A stretch of 63,456 nucleotides of DNA, filler included, from Chiloscyllium plagiosum (lineage: Eukaryota), in assembly GCF_004010195.1 (NCBI RefSeq). It is 4 parts of one record of this genome, joined end to end, with 100 filler letters (N's around TTAATTAATTAA, not from the genome) between each part and the next. Parts side by side here need not be neighbours in the genome. Positions count along the whole stretch, not along the records: positions 1 to 29,572 come from NC_057716.1; positions 29,673 to 43,688 come from NC_057716.1; 2 more parts are not named here. One strand, given 5' to 3'. The first letter of the stretch is position 1, and each line of letters opens with the position of its first letter. Positions 25,270-37,946 of this stretch are shown one piece after another. The notes beneath the pieces are model-generated. The model was not told the DNA's origin and did not search any database. It worked only from the letters and a program-made list of their open reading frames with translations. A program made the position numbers and the translations under genes.

Positions 25270-27510
25270 CAGGTGCAGAAAAGGATCAACTCTATATATG
25301 ACAGGTCCATTCATAAGTTTGATAACAGCACGGAAGAAATTGTTCCTGAATCCATTGGTGCGTATTTTCAAACATTTGCATCTTCTGTCCGATGGTAGAG
25401 GTTGGGAAAGAGCATTGCGGTGGTGGGAGGGACCTTTGATTGTGTTAGCTGCATTCCTGAAGCAGTGGGAATTCAATAACGAGTGGAAGGAAATGTGATT
25501 TGCGTGATGGATTGGGTTAGATACACGCATCTCTGCAATTTCTTGCAGTACGGCCAGAGCAGTTACATACGAAGCGTCTGGATAGAATGTTTCCTGCAGT
25601 GCAGTTAAAATTGGTCAGAGTCATTGCTAAAATGCTAGATTTTCTTCCCTGTCAGAGGAGGTAGATGCATTGATGTGCTTTCTTGACTGTAGAGTTCACA
25701 TGGATAGACGGATTGTTTGTAATATTTATTACTCGGAAATTGAAGCTGTCCATCAGTTCCAAATCAGCACCAATGACAGAGACCAGTGTGTGTCCTTCAG
25801 TCCAATTCCTGAAGTCAATGGATAGTTCCCTTGTTTTGCTGACATTGAGCGAAAGATTGTCGTCTTAACACCATGTCACTAAGTGCTATTTCCTGTAGGA
25901 GAAAGTGAGGACTGCAGATGCTGGAGATCAGAGCTGAAAAATGTATTGCTGGAAAAGCACAGCAGGTCAGGCAGCATCCAAGGAGCAGGAGAATCGACGT
26001 TTCGGGCATAAGCCCTTCTTCATGAATGAGGAGGGTGTGCCAAGCAGGCTAAGATAAAAGGTAGGGAGGAGGTACTTGGAGGAGGGGCATTGGAAATGCG
26101 TAGGTGGAAGGAGGTTAAGGTGAGTGATAGGCCGGAGCGGGGGTGGGGGCGCAGAGGTCAGGAAGAAGATTGCAGGTCAAGAAGGCTGTGCTGAGTCCGA
26201 GTGTTGGCACTGAGATAAGGTGGGGGGAGGGGAAATGAGGAAGCTAGAGAAATCTGCATTCATATCTTGTGGTTGGAGGGTTCCTAGGCGGAAGATGAGG
26301 TGCTCTTCCTCCAGGCGTCTGTTGCCATGGTCTGGCGATGGAGAAGGCCAAGGACCTGCATGGCCTTGGCGGAGTGGGAGGGGGAGTTAAAGTGTTCAGC
26401 CACAGCGCGGCTGGGTTGTTTGGTGCGGGTGTCCCAGAGGTGTTCTCTGAAATGTTCCGCCAGTAAGCGGCCTGTCTCCCCACTGTAGAGGAGGCCACAT
26501 TGGGTGCAGTGGATGCAGTAAATGTTGTGTGTGGAGGTGCAGGTGAATTTTTGACGGATATGGGAGGATTCCTTGGGGCCTTGGAGATAAATGAGGGGGA
26601 GGTGTGGGCGCAAGTTTTGCGTTTCGTGCGGTTGCAGGGGAAGGTGGTGGGAGTGGAGGTTGAGTTGGTGGGGGTTGTGCAACTGACGAGGGAGTCACGG
26701 AGGGAGTGGTCTTTCCAGAACGCTGGTAGGGGAGCGAAGGGAAACATGTCCTTGGTGGTGGGGTCTGTTTGGAGGTGGCAGAAATGACGAAGGATGATAC
26801 GATATTTGGAGGTTGGTGGGGTGGTAGGTGAAGACCAGTGGGGTTCTGCCGTCATGGCGATTGGAGGGGCGGGGTTCAAGGGCGGAGGAGCGGGAAGTGG
26901 AGGAGATGCGGTGGAGAGCATCGTCAACCATGTCTGTGGGGAAATTGCGGACTTTGAAGAAGGAAGCCATCTGGTTTGTTCGGTATTGGAATTGGTCCAC
27001 CTGGGAGCAGATGCGGTGGAGTTGAAGGAATTGGGAATATGGGATGGTATTTTTACAGAGGGCAGGGTGGGAGGAGGTGTAATCTAGGTCGGTTTTGAGA
27101 CCTACCCACTATCGTGATGTCATTAGTAAATCTGTAAATGGAGTTAGAGCTGAATTTGGCGGTACAGTCACGAGAGGGTAAGAAATATTGAAGGGGTCTG
27201 AGTACACAGCCTTGAAGGGCACCAGTATTGCGTATTGTTGAAGAGGAGGAGTTTCCAACCCTCCTCATTCATTGTGATCTGCAGGTCAGAAAGTTAAAGA
27301 TCCAGTTCTCGATGTGAGGAAACTCCGAGGACTCAGAAATGTCGATGAGTCTTGTTGGCATTAGGGTCTTCAAGGCAGAGCTAAAGCCAATATACAGAAT
27401 TCTGATGTAGGTGTCCATGTTATCCAGATGTTGCAGAGATGAGTGAAGTGCCAGAGAGATGGGGTCTGCATGGATCGATTACGATCGTGGCGAATTATCG
27501 AGGACCTCAG
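25270..27510 (-). mobile_element. Rex1/Babar-like LINE fragment split by a Penelope insertion
   Basis: NTGALQGCVLRPL...IYRFTNDITIVGR (27090-27270) and C-terminal IKGPSH..ALSQPLPSDRR..RTNGFRNNFFRAVIKLMN (25300-25480). Confidence 0.8.
25898..27089 (-). mobile_element. Penelope-like element (Neptune-type), 5'-truncated, with GIY-YIG endonuclease and pLTR
   Basis: FTCTSTHNIYCIHCTQCGLLYSGETGRLLAEHFREH...VAEHFNSPSH with an upstream Cys linker (FPCNRTKRKTC). The pLTR hammerhead at 25996-26023 has its core mutated to ATGAAGA. Confidence 0.93.
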
Positions 27511-29185
27511 CAATCTGGGAGTTAATGTTTGCCATTCCTAACCTCTTAAAGTACTTCGTAGATGCGATCGGCCATGAATGTATTAAAAATCGGAGCAGGT
27601 TCGAGGAGCCGAATTCCAGACACATGCTGCTATTCCTTGTGTTCATTTGTTCTTTATAGCTCAGAGGGAAACATGTTAACGAATGGTCCTGGCAGACAAT
27701 GAAGATCCACACACACAAATCCCATTATTCGGCTGTAAGCCTATCATCCTGAAGGTTTCAGCAATGCATGGGATTATTGAAATACCACACAGGTATTAGG
27801 AATGCTTATGATTCAAACATTCATCCTCGGAATGAGAGTGTGTGAGACTTTACGCTCTTCTGGGTGTATGGTAGCCGACTGTAAAATGAACCTCAGCAGG
27901 AACTGCAAAAAGGAGGGTATCAGAGTAAGGAGCACAAACAGTCCAAGAGCTGCAAATGTTGTTAGGAATCGGGCAACCTGCACAAGAACTAACCAAGACA
28001 GGGAGGGGGGGGGGGTGGCTGGGAGTGAGGGTGTCGATCCAATATTACCAGAAATGTTAACGTGATCTTATTAATTGGATCTTATTAATTGATTCAACAC
28101 CATTGTCCACAACCTTGGACACAAATCGGGAGAGTTGTTAAAGTGGCGTCACCAATGAATTAATTAATATTTGATGAAGAAATGTATCTGACTCTCTCTG
28201 TCACTGTCCCTGTTTTTTAAAAGTGATGAAATACCGTCCTCTGCTGGCCTCCCAGTGTCACTGTACAAGCAGCAGATTTTTTTTTCTCTCTGGGACACTT
28301 TGCTCCTGTCCCTGTACATTCTATTTTTTCTGACACTCTCAAAATGTCCTGAATGACTCAAAGGCGCAAGCGGTAGCGCAGTGACGTCACAAAAAGGATG
28401 GCCATAACCAGCGGGGAAAGTCTGACAACGAGGAAGCGTGAGGAGGCAACAGGTGACTCGTGCCAGGGCCGTGAGGTGAGGGAGAGCGATCCCATCTGGC
28501 CGCCACGAGAGGAACCAGCAACCACTTTCTGAATGAAAGCAACTAGATATTTTTGGAGAACTGGGTCGTTTATTTTCATTTCATCATTCTGTAACAAGGC
28601 AGCAAGCACCCCCTGAAATACTTCAATACTATAGTACAGGAAATGTATAAATGTTAGGAACCACAGAACGATTAAAAGGTTTAACATTGTTGCTTGGACA
28701 GAATTTCAGCATTGGCCCTGTTTTCTGCATCCCTCCATTTTCAAATCTAAAAGTTACATTTGTTGCTTCCGAGTTTAAATGAACCTTCTCTGAATTTAAT
28801 TAATGGAGAAAACAAAAGAAGTGGGAGAGCAATAGTGATAGGGGGATTGCATTGTTCGGGCATCAGGCAGATGTCTGTGACAATGCAGATGCGACACCAA
28901 TGCAGATGCGACACCAGGTCGCACGCTGCCTCCCTGAGTCTGGGATGACACTGAGTGGCTGAATGATAGTCTGAAAAGGGTAATAGCAAATATAAGTTTT
29001 GGCAACGGATGGAGCCTTGAAAACAGTATATAGGAAGCTGTGAGATCAATTGACAACACAGGGTGAAATACAGAGTAAAGTTCCCTCGATGAAGCCTAAC
29101 CAAACATTAGTATAATGTTTATACTGCCTTTAGTATAATCTGAAAAGTGATAGAAATTTAACTCACTCTCAACTATCACCACAGA

Positions 29186-29235
29186 AACACACATGCATAC
29201 GCGCGCGCGGGCGCGCACACACACACGCACACGCA
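29186..29235. repeat. Alternating purine-pyrimidine (CA)n/(CG)n tract
   Basis: ACACACATGCATACGCGCGCGCGGGCGCGCACACACACACGCACACGCA. Confidence 0.8.
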
Positions 29236-29572
29236 ATAATTCTCGATCGTTATCCAAGAGGGTTCCCATTTTCAACGAAAATAGATGTATTCCAGAACTT
29301 ACTCACAGAGTTCTTTACTGGATTGTTTCTGTTCAGTTTGGATTCCCAATTATATTCCTGATTCGGAACATCCACATGGACAATTTTCCTCAACCTATGT
29401 GCTATGTCCTGCTCACAAAAACTGCATTTGATTCCAATACCGTATGTTGTTTATACAGGAACCTTTCTGTGTCGGGGGGATTGAGTCTTGAGTCCGACCC
29501 AGGTGTGTGAATGTCCTGTTTATCTGGCATCCAGGATGGTTTAATGAAGCTTTGATGTTTGGAAATCCCGAT

Positions 29573-29672
29573 NNNNNNNNNNNNNNNNNNNNNNNNNNNN
29601 NNNNNNNNNNNNNNNNTTAATTAATTAANNNNNNNNNNNNNNNNNNNNNNNNNNNNNNNNNNNNNNNNNNNN
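29573..29672. other. Artificial 100-bp scaffold spacer (also 43689-43788 and 56854-56953)
   Basis: 44 N + TTAATTAATTAA + 44 N, identical in all three places. Confidence 0.97.
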
Positions 29673-29977
29673 GAATACACTTCCCAAGACAAACTACCAA
29701 TAAGCTTCCTCGACCAGATAAACACAGCTGTCCCAAAGGCTGAAGTGTAATCTAATACCCCAGTGATATCAAAGCGACATGAAGCTCAGGTCAGCCAGTG
29801 AAGCACCAGATACCTTGCTCACCTCTGGAGAGCACCAATGGTATCACCTTACAGCCAAGGATAGGGACATTCTCAAATACCAACGAAGATAGCTGGAACA
29901 CCCTGATTCCAATCTAGAACTGATTAATGCTGCCGGATGCTTGATTGAGTCCAGATTGTATCAATCACGGCCAGAGT

Positions 29978-29995
29978 TTGTGCCGTAACCCGGAT
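29978..29995 (+). promoter_or_regulatory. Primer-binding site for tRNA-His
   Basis: TTGTGCCGTAACCCGGAT versus the complement of the tRNA-His 3' end plus CCA, TGGTGCCGTGACTCGGAT: 15 of 18 match. Confidence 0.8.
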
Positions 29996-30528
29996 CCAGC
30001 CAGGGGAGAGCCGGACGGGCAAGGGAAGCCTGGCAAAATAGAATGAGAGACTGCTGATTAAATTTTTCGCATCAATCCTAAGAGATTCCTCAGCTTGAAG
30101 GAAATTGACAGGGGCTCCACCAGTTCACTTTTTTCTCTGTCTTGTGGTTTCTGATCATTTGCTTTGGATGTGTCTGCTTGTTTTGCGGTTGCTGACTGCA
30201 TGTCTTGTCAGTTTCAAGTGTCTCGTCTTAGTGTGTTTATCCATCAGACAAGTGTTTGTTTACAGTGCGGTGCGCGATTGTGCGCTCAGTAATCCTTTAT
30301 TGCTTGACCTGTCAATCACTCACTGCTTGTGTGTTCTGTGAGTACTCCCTCTGTCTTTCCTCTAAAGCTGAAGTGCAATGCTAAGCAGTCAACGCAGGAC
30401 GTCCAGTACGCCATGGGGGCAGGGAATTCCACCCACTGCTGGGATGTGCTAGCTGGGCAACCCCAACTATGTGGTGAAAAAAGCCCAGGACCGAAATTGT
30501 CCAAGACGATATTGAGGAGGCATGTAAG

Positions 30529-30830
30529 TTTAGATTCCCTACAATGTCGAAACAGGCCCGTCGACCCAACCAGTCCACACCGACCCTCAGAAGAGTAAGC
30601 CGTGCAGACCCATTTCCCTCCCACGAATGCACCTGACACTATGGGCAATTTAGCACGGCCATTTCACCTGACGTGCACATCTCTGTGATTGTGTGAGGAA
30701 ACCGGAGCACACGGAGGAGTCCCAGGCAGACATGGGGAGAATGTGCAAACTGCACACAGACAGTCGCCCAAGGCTGCAATCGAACCTGTGACCCTGGCGC
30801 TGTGAGGTAGCAGTGACAACCACGCCGCCC
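30529..30830 (-). mobile_element. HE1-type V-SINE inserted in ERV B gag
   Basis: Full head-V-domain-tail structure; possible short TSD TGTAA on both sides. Confidence 0.93.
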
Positions 30831-30943
30831 TGTAAATGCGTGAACTTCCAAATAAAGATATGAGATTCTCTTGTTATACCTGGTTCACTGGCAGACACTA
30901 TGCTGAAAGAGACAGGGGATGGCGGTTACATTACCCACTTTAC

Positions 30944-31560
30944 AGGAAAAGTGCAGCAGGTCAGGCAGCATCCAAGGAGCAGGAGAATCGACGTTTCGGG
31001 CATGAGCCCTTCTTCAGGAATGAGGAAAGTGTGCCCTGCATGCTTACATAAAAGGTCGGGAGGAGGAACTTGGGGGAGGGGTGTTGGAAATACGATAGGT
31101 GGAAGAAGGTTAAGGTGAGGGTGTAAGGCCAGAGTGGGGGTGGGGGCGGAGAGGTGAGGAAGAAGGTTGCAGGTTAGGAAGGCGGTGCTGACTTCGAGGG
31201 TTGGGACTGAGACAAGGTGGAAGGAGGGGAAATGAGGAAATGGAAGAAATCTGAGTTCATCCCTTGTGGTTGGAGGGTTCCTAAACAAAAGATGAGGCGC
31301 TCTTCCTCCAGCCGTCATGCTGCTATGGTCTGGCGATGGAAGAGTCCAAGGACCTGCATGTCTTTGGTGGAGTGGAAGGGCGAGTTGAAGTGTTGAGCCA
31401 CGGGGTGTTTGGGTTGGTTGGTCCGGGTCCCCAGAGGTGATCTCTGAAATGTTTCACAAGTAAGCGGCCTGTCCTCTTTGGATGCTGCCTGACCTGCTGC
31501 GCTTTTCCAGCAACATATTTTCTGCTCTGATCTCCAGCATCTGCAGACCTCACTTTCTCC
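30944..31560 (-). mobile_element. Penelope-like element fragment with inverted pLTR piece, inserted in ERV B
   Basis: GRLLVKHFRDHLW endonuclease remnant; pLTR at 30944-31020 and an inverted pLTR at about 31472-31560. Confidence 0.9.
30990..31017 (-). ncRNA. Minimal type I hammerhead ribozyme core in PLE pLTR
   Basis: Minus strand CTGAAGA-A-GGGC-TCAT-GCCC-GAAAC-GTC. Confidence 0.75.
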
Positions 31561-34500
31561 TCAAAGAAATTAACAGGGCACCAACTATCAGTTTCCCCGC
31601 ATTATGAATGGGTCCACTCTCCTGTATAAGACCAGGATCCACGCAGAGGTCTGGGCCATGCGACAAGATGCCCCAGACCCGTTGAATTGACTGCTCACGT
31701 TCTACAATTGGGTCCTCGAAATTTCCTGTATATACAACTGTCTGTCCCAAGATGTGCAGACCATATTACAACTTGCGCATATAACCCACTGGGTGACCAT
31801 TAGCCCTGTTATTGAAATCCCCATCCAACCCTAGGACACCGCTTCAGACTGGGTAAAAATGGCTGGACAGCACCGTGAAGGATGCAATAACGGCCAGTGC
31901 AAGAGTGCACGCCGAATTTGGGCTGTTATCCAGTGTCTGCAGAGCAGCTAAGAACTTGCTCGATGTCATTGTCCGCTTTAGGGAGGTCGGGGACTCCTCG
32001 TCCGACATTCCATTAGCAGAGAACGAAAAGCTTGCCGTGCAGACCTTACTTATGCTCACGTTTTCACGTTGCACAATCAAACGACGAGCTGGACGGACAC
32101 TTTAATTTATCTTAGTAACTTGAACGGGAATGGGCTGTTCACTACACCAAAACGGACGGGGGCATTCGACTGCCTCGCGCAACCCGACAACAACAGGGAC
32201 ACTACCAGGGCAGTACGGCAAATTAGGGCAATTTAAAGAAGGCAGTGCTGGAACAGCGTGAAATTGGAACACTGAGTGAGACAGTGCTGGTACAGGCAAT
32301 GTCGCCCAGGGCCATCTACCCTCTCCCTCTCCCCTCAGGCACGACAGCAGTCCACCGCACAACAGAGGCAGCTTCAACAGGCTGCCTATACTGTGCCTAA
32401 TCCCTTCCCCCGTGCTCCAGAAACTAACTACAGCTATCGTGAGTGGGAGCTTTCATAGGCGATGTCAATATGTCTCTCAAACGCCCCGTCTGAAATTCCA
32501 ATAATGGATGTGGAGATGGTGAGCTGCTCATTTATATTGTGGTGGATTCTGGGTCTGTCCAACCGTCTACGGCTCCCAACTCGGAAAATTACATGAGTTA
32601 CAAGACCCTCTGCACTATAGGGTTTTCAGGAGTACGCATAACAGAGCCACTCTCCTAACCCATTAACTCCAGTATTGAACCTGCCACTGTGACTGATGCT
32701 GCCATTATATCAGACTCTTGCCCAGTCGCCCTCCTGAGCCGGCAGACCTTGTGTAAATTGAATGCCAGTATCCACTGTTCCTCGGAGGGTCTCACATTAG
32801 AGAATCCGGACGTCCATTATTCCATGCTGCGGGCAGTAATTTCACACAGCCCTGAACCCTCTGACCAGGTAAGCTCCTGATGCTCTTGGTCATGCTCCAA
32901 TTCACCTATCTGCGCTCTTCTCGAACCTTACTTGCCCTGTTGTCAATGGCCCCTTTCTGTAGATAGTTCTCTGACTCCTTCCTGCCAGAGGGGTGCAAAA
33001 TTGACGGTATCGACTTGTCATGCATCCCACCAGAATTAATTGAAAATCACGACACACCACGGTGACATGTAGTAACAAAGTAGATTCTTGTGAATTCTAA
33101 GGTCTTCAAGGTGACCTAATTAATAAATGCGGGTGAAATGATATTGTTATATCTCTGCACTGACAGGTGAAGTGACGTCAAGCTGCTATCTGTTTTCTCC
33201 ATGAGTTTTGATCATTCTGGCTCTCCTCTGATTGCCTGAGGATGAGTGGGTGCCTATAAACTGGGAGCTTTCTGCGTGGTTTCTGGTGTAATTTTCAGAG
33301 TGGATGAGGAGCGGCTGTTGGTCACGGGAAGTGCCTGTGAGCCCCCAACCCCCACTCCCCCGAAACAGCACCACTCCCCATAATGCAATTCCTGCAGTCA
33401 GCAGCAGCTGATCTACCCTGTCAGGGCACACTGGATCCTTCTTAAACAGACCTTTTGGAAGGACAGTCTGTTGCCATGAATTTGGCAATGGCTGGATATA
33501 ATGTGTTTTGCTTTCAATTTCACTTTCATCTCTGGCCACATGTAAGTTCTTAACTTTAACCTTGTAACCCTTCCAGAAAATGTCCACTCGCTGATCCCTT
33601 TTTGTCAACTTAACCAGGTTCCCCACACGTACTCACCACCTCAGCAATCTCTACCTGAACTTGCCCACATTGACTTACTGATCTTCTCCAGCCTTGATAG
33701 AACAGGGACTGTTCCTATGCCCAAACAGCCTGCAGGAACTTTAGTAAATCAGCGAGCAACCTGAATCTAATTGATGGTAAATATTTGTTAGTAGCCAATG
33801 TCTCTCCAGAGCTGTTGTTTGAAAGTATATGTAACAGCCTTTAAATATGATTGCTGCATTTTATGAACCGGAACATCCTCTGTCCACATTGATTGAACGA
33901 CGCCCCCCTGCTGACCGACCGTTTAATTAACCAGTTCGGACAATGTTGCATTCAAGACTTTTCCTACCCTGCCCACGCGGCCACACCTCCTGATTCCAAT
34001 CCTGGTCCCAGTATTTCATAGCTTCCAGTATTACTTTGGCACTTTTGCTCAATTCCACCACAACCTCCATTCCGATCTATTTCTTTCTGCTTCCAAGGAA
34101 CTTTGGGCAAGAAAGTTGGAATGCAGAGGTTCTGTTTTGCACCCTTATCATTGAGATATCTCATCATTCCTGCACTTCCATTTTGTTTTCATTCCCTCTG
34201 GTTCCCCTCTTTTTTCTTTGTCACTAAATCCTTTTAATTGCTGCATTTTTAATTTCTGACTAAAGCAGATGGAACTCAGACAAAGTAAGAGTCTACAGCA
34301 GATTGAGAGTATTTGTTAACTTGCAATATAATAAGTAAAGTATGATTAGGATTCATTAAAATTTACGCATAACACTTATTGATGTTGAAATGTAAAGTCC
34401 ACTTTCCCCCTTATGGACACGAAGTATTTTCCTCGATTTAATTTTCATATTTCAGATTCCAGTACAATCAGTTCAGTTCAAATGGGTAAAGACAGCTAGA

Positions 34501-36309
34501 GTCGCTGTAGTCACTGCACTCCAACCTGATTTTGTCACGTGAGAACTTCAGTTTCTCTCCCCAGTGCTCTCTCTATCTGAGCAACTTTCTCTGATTTCCG
34601 TTCCTTCACGTTTCAGCGGCCGTGCTCTGTGGGCAATACTATTGCGTGTTGTTGAATCTCCAGCTCGAGTTGAGAGGGGGTTATCTCCCATTGTGAAGTC
34701 AGAGACCCAGCCGCAGGGTGCTGAGACTCAGGGACAGGCCCCACAGCGCAGCCTCTGTAGAATCTCCATGTCTCAGTGTTCCCCAAGGGCCAAGGCACGA
34801 CCAGGAAGGAGTCACTGTGGGCCTCACTATAGGCTGCACAGAGGGACACTGACAATTACACGCAGAGCTTGAACAGCCAGTTCCAAGGGAACCGATGTAA
34901 CTACTGTGCCCAGTGACTTTGCTTGGGAATTTAACCTGCGTGTGTTTAGGACAGGAATTCTTCCACTGGGTTAAATCCAGTCATTCAAAAGGGTCGAATA
35001 TCTACTGTACGAATACCTGGCATACTGCCGAACACCTAATGGAGAGAATCATTTACACCAGGTTTTAGTCGATTGTACAACCAGAGAATTACAATGAAAA
35101 GCATATGTATTTCTCTGCATTAACTCATTCAGAAAGGAATCATTCCATTGGTCAGGTATTTGTTGGAGAAGCACAGGCTGGCTGTGCATGTCAGGCCCCT
35201 GCACAAACCTGGACATAGACTCTGTGATAATTAACTGGGGACCTGAAAACTCTGATCGGGAGTCCTTCCTAAAGAATGTGGCCTTCACTGTCTGTGCTGT
35301 CACTTATTCCTCACGAAAAGGTTGTAGAGTGTGAGCTTATTTCCTTAACCACTACAGATTACTGGAATATTTGTCCCTGGGTCAGCACTTTCAATCATGG
35401 GGATGGATTGGAAAGAATGAAACTTTTCAGATAGGGAATCTAATGGGACTTTCAAAAATCATGACACCCCTGGGAGAAACTGGTCCCCAAATATAACGTT
35501 CAAGAATGAGACAACACAGGCTGAAATTATCTGCAAAAGTAACAGATGTATAGTAAGAGATGTTTTATGTTCACACAATGCTTGGTTTTTGTGTAGAGGG
35601 CCCTGCTGGAGTTCTGATCGAGGCGGCTCCAACCGACGCTTTTAACAGGGAACTAGGTCATTATTTGAATTTGACTGAGGGGTGGAGAGTCAATGGACAG
35701 AACAGAGTGTCACAGTTATTTAGTTTCTAAATCTCAAATTCCCACGTTGTCAATGAGGACTTGGTCACTGACATCAAGAGATGTCAGCATGCTGACGCTT
35801 GGCTTGGGAGTCTTGGTTGTGGACATCGAAATTTACTCACTGTCAACCTCCAGAAAACAGGACATGTCTTCAGAATATGCAGATGACACAAATTGACAAT
35901 GCAGGAAACAGGGAAGCGTAGAGTAGCAGAATTTACGAGAACACATGCAGAAGTTATTTCTATTCGGTCTGAGGATGCAAGTGGTCCATAGGACTCCTGA
36001 TATCCTCACAATGAACTCGTCAGAGCCAGACTTCCTTATTGTTAGTGGCCAATTAATATGAAGCACAGAATTCCAGTGAAATAGACACGAGAGAGGCGAG
36101 AGCTTTATGTTTGTCATAAAGAGCAAAACAGTCACGTAATGACCGTTGGGGAGAGACATTTCCTGTAGTTAATCAAAATCACACTCTGACATGGGAATCC
36201 TTCCAGCTACCTGAAGGATTGAGATTTCTTAAGCAATTTCCACGTGAAGCTTATTCAGAATCAGTCACAGATTTTTTAAATCTGCAATCTGACTAGATTG
36301 ATCCTGAAG

Positions 36310-36570
36310 GCAGAAGTTTTAGAGACGCTGCAGAGAAGATTTACCACCATGCTATAGGGGAGATGTCAGGGGTGGGTTCTTTACCCAGAGAGTGGTGGGG
36401 GCATGGAATGCGCTGCCCGTGGGAGCGGTAGAGTCGGAATCATTGGCGACCTTTAAGCGGCATTTGGATAGGTACATGGATGGGTACTTAATCTAGGTTA
36501 GAAGTTCGGCACAACATCGTGGGCCGAAGGGCCTGTTCTGTGCTGTATTGTTCTATGTTCTATGTTCTAT
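36310..36570 (+). mobile_element. CR1 LINE 3' end
   Basis: TGGAATGCGCTGCC...GGGCCGAAGGGCCTGTTCTGTGCTGTA followed by a (TGTTCTA)n tail. Confidence 0.9.
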
Positions 36571-37071
36571 ATTGCAGCGCTGACGAAAGAATTCGAAGAC
36601 CTTAGGCTCATCCGAGAGAACGAGATCTTTCTGGACAAGACCTTCAGCGATGTTATTACACCAATCATGCCAGAAGAGAGCAGACGATGAGGAAGGCGGA
36701 GAGGAGACAGGTGCAAGAGACCTCGGGAGAAGTACCTGTCAGGAACAAATTGAAGCTTTTGGAAGCAGAGACTGATGACACTGCCAGTTCGCAAGGCGGC
36801 CAAGTTTGTCAATCAAAAGTTGCCGCAGAGGCAGAGCGGAAGAGTCGGACATCGCACAGAGCCGTGGTAATAGGGGACTCCATCGTGAGAGGAACTGACC
36901 GGGGTTTTTGTGGCAGCAGACGGGATTTAAAGATGGTGTGTTGCCTTCCTGGTGCCAGGGTGAAAGACATCGTGGACAGAGTGCAGGAAATCCTCAAGGA
37001 CGAGAGTTAAGAGCCAGAGGTGGTGGTACATGTCGGCACAAATGATGTCGGGAAGAAGAGGAGGAGCATAC
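36571..37071 (+). mobile_element. CR1 LINE ORF1 (SGNH esterase) fragment
   Basis: AVVIGDSIVRGTDRGFCG..MVCCLPGARVKD and VVVHVGTNDVG. Confidence 0.92.
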
Positions 37072-37701
37072 TATCCACCTTCTAAAATGCATCACTTCGC
37101 GTTTATCCAGGTTGAACCCCATGTGCCATTTCTCAGCCCAGATCTGCATCCTATCTATGTCGCGTTGCAGCCTGAAGTAGCCGTTTATACTGTCGACAAT
37201 ACCTGCAACCTTAGGGCCATCTGCAAACTTACTAACCCACTCTTCAACCTCCTCATCCAAGTCATTTATAAGAACTACAAAGAGCAGAGGCCGAAGAACA
37301 GAGCCCTGCGGGACCCCAATCAACATGTCCTCCAGGGAGAATATTTTCCATCTACAACCACTCTCTGCCTTCTGTCAGCCAACCAATTCTGAACCCAGAT
37401 CGCCAAATCTCACTGTATTCCATACTTCCTGTCGTTTTCTACTCTACTCTTCATTTCTCTTCATCGACTCTTCATTTAAACAGGTTTGATCACTGGCTCC
37501 AAGTCATAACCCTCCCATTCATCTGCTTCCCCTGCCCTTCCATTTCTTCGTTGTCATGTCTTTGGAATGTACTTTGTTTAGAGGTTTTGGTAAATTTGTA
37601 CAGTGCATCTTGGAGGCTGTCATTGAGTTACACCATGCAGAAGGACTGGTTAGTACTTACAAACAGTCTCTAACAGACTCATTAAAAGGCAGAGCTCATA
37701 G

Positions 37702-37946
37702 GAACAGCTGAAACAAAAATAAACCAGGTTTCTTCAGGATTAAAGCACCTATCACTGCCGCGAACAGAGAGCTCTTGAGCAGTTTAAAACTTCCCTGTAT
37801 CTTGTTCAGAGTCCCAAGCTGTTGAACAGCTGAAACAAAAATAAACCAGGTTTCTTCAGGATTAAAGCACCTATCACTGCCGCGAACAGAGAGAGCTCCT
37901 GAGCAGTTGAAGACTTCCTTGTATCTTGTTCAGAGTCCCAAGCTGT
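37702..37946. repeat. Tandem duplication, 2 x ~122 bp
   Basis: GAACAGCTGAAACAAAAATAAACCAGG...GTCCCAAGCTGT at 37702-37823 and 37824-37946; single copy in the left arm. Confidence 0.92.

Larger units (their letters stand above)
29673..32900 (+). mobile_element. gag-pro: Endogenous retrovirus remnant B (epsilon/gamma-like): putative LTR end, PBS, gag, protease
   Basis: PBS at 29978-29995 and gccATGG start at 30413 encoding MGAGNS. Capsid-like segments lie at 31600-32100, a knuckle CWNSVKLEH*VRQC at 32246-32287 and TAG at 32456-32458. The protease shows VVDSGS (DSG 32545-32553), TIGFSGV and SDSCPVALLSRQTLCKLNASIHCSSEGL. Confidence 0.88.

Noticed and set aside
29617..29628. TTAATTAATTAA palindrome recurring three times
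   Set aside because: It is always centred in 44+44 N, so it is an artificial spacer and not a biological motif.
33186..33626. 146-aa ORF as ERV env or pol
   Set aside because: It is antisense to ERV B, and no furin site, immunosuppressive domain, RT or integrase motif was recognised.
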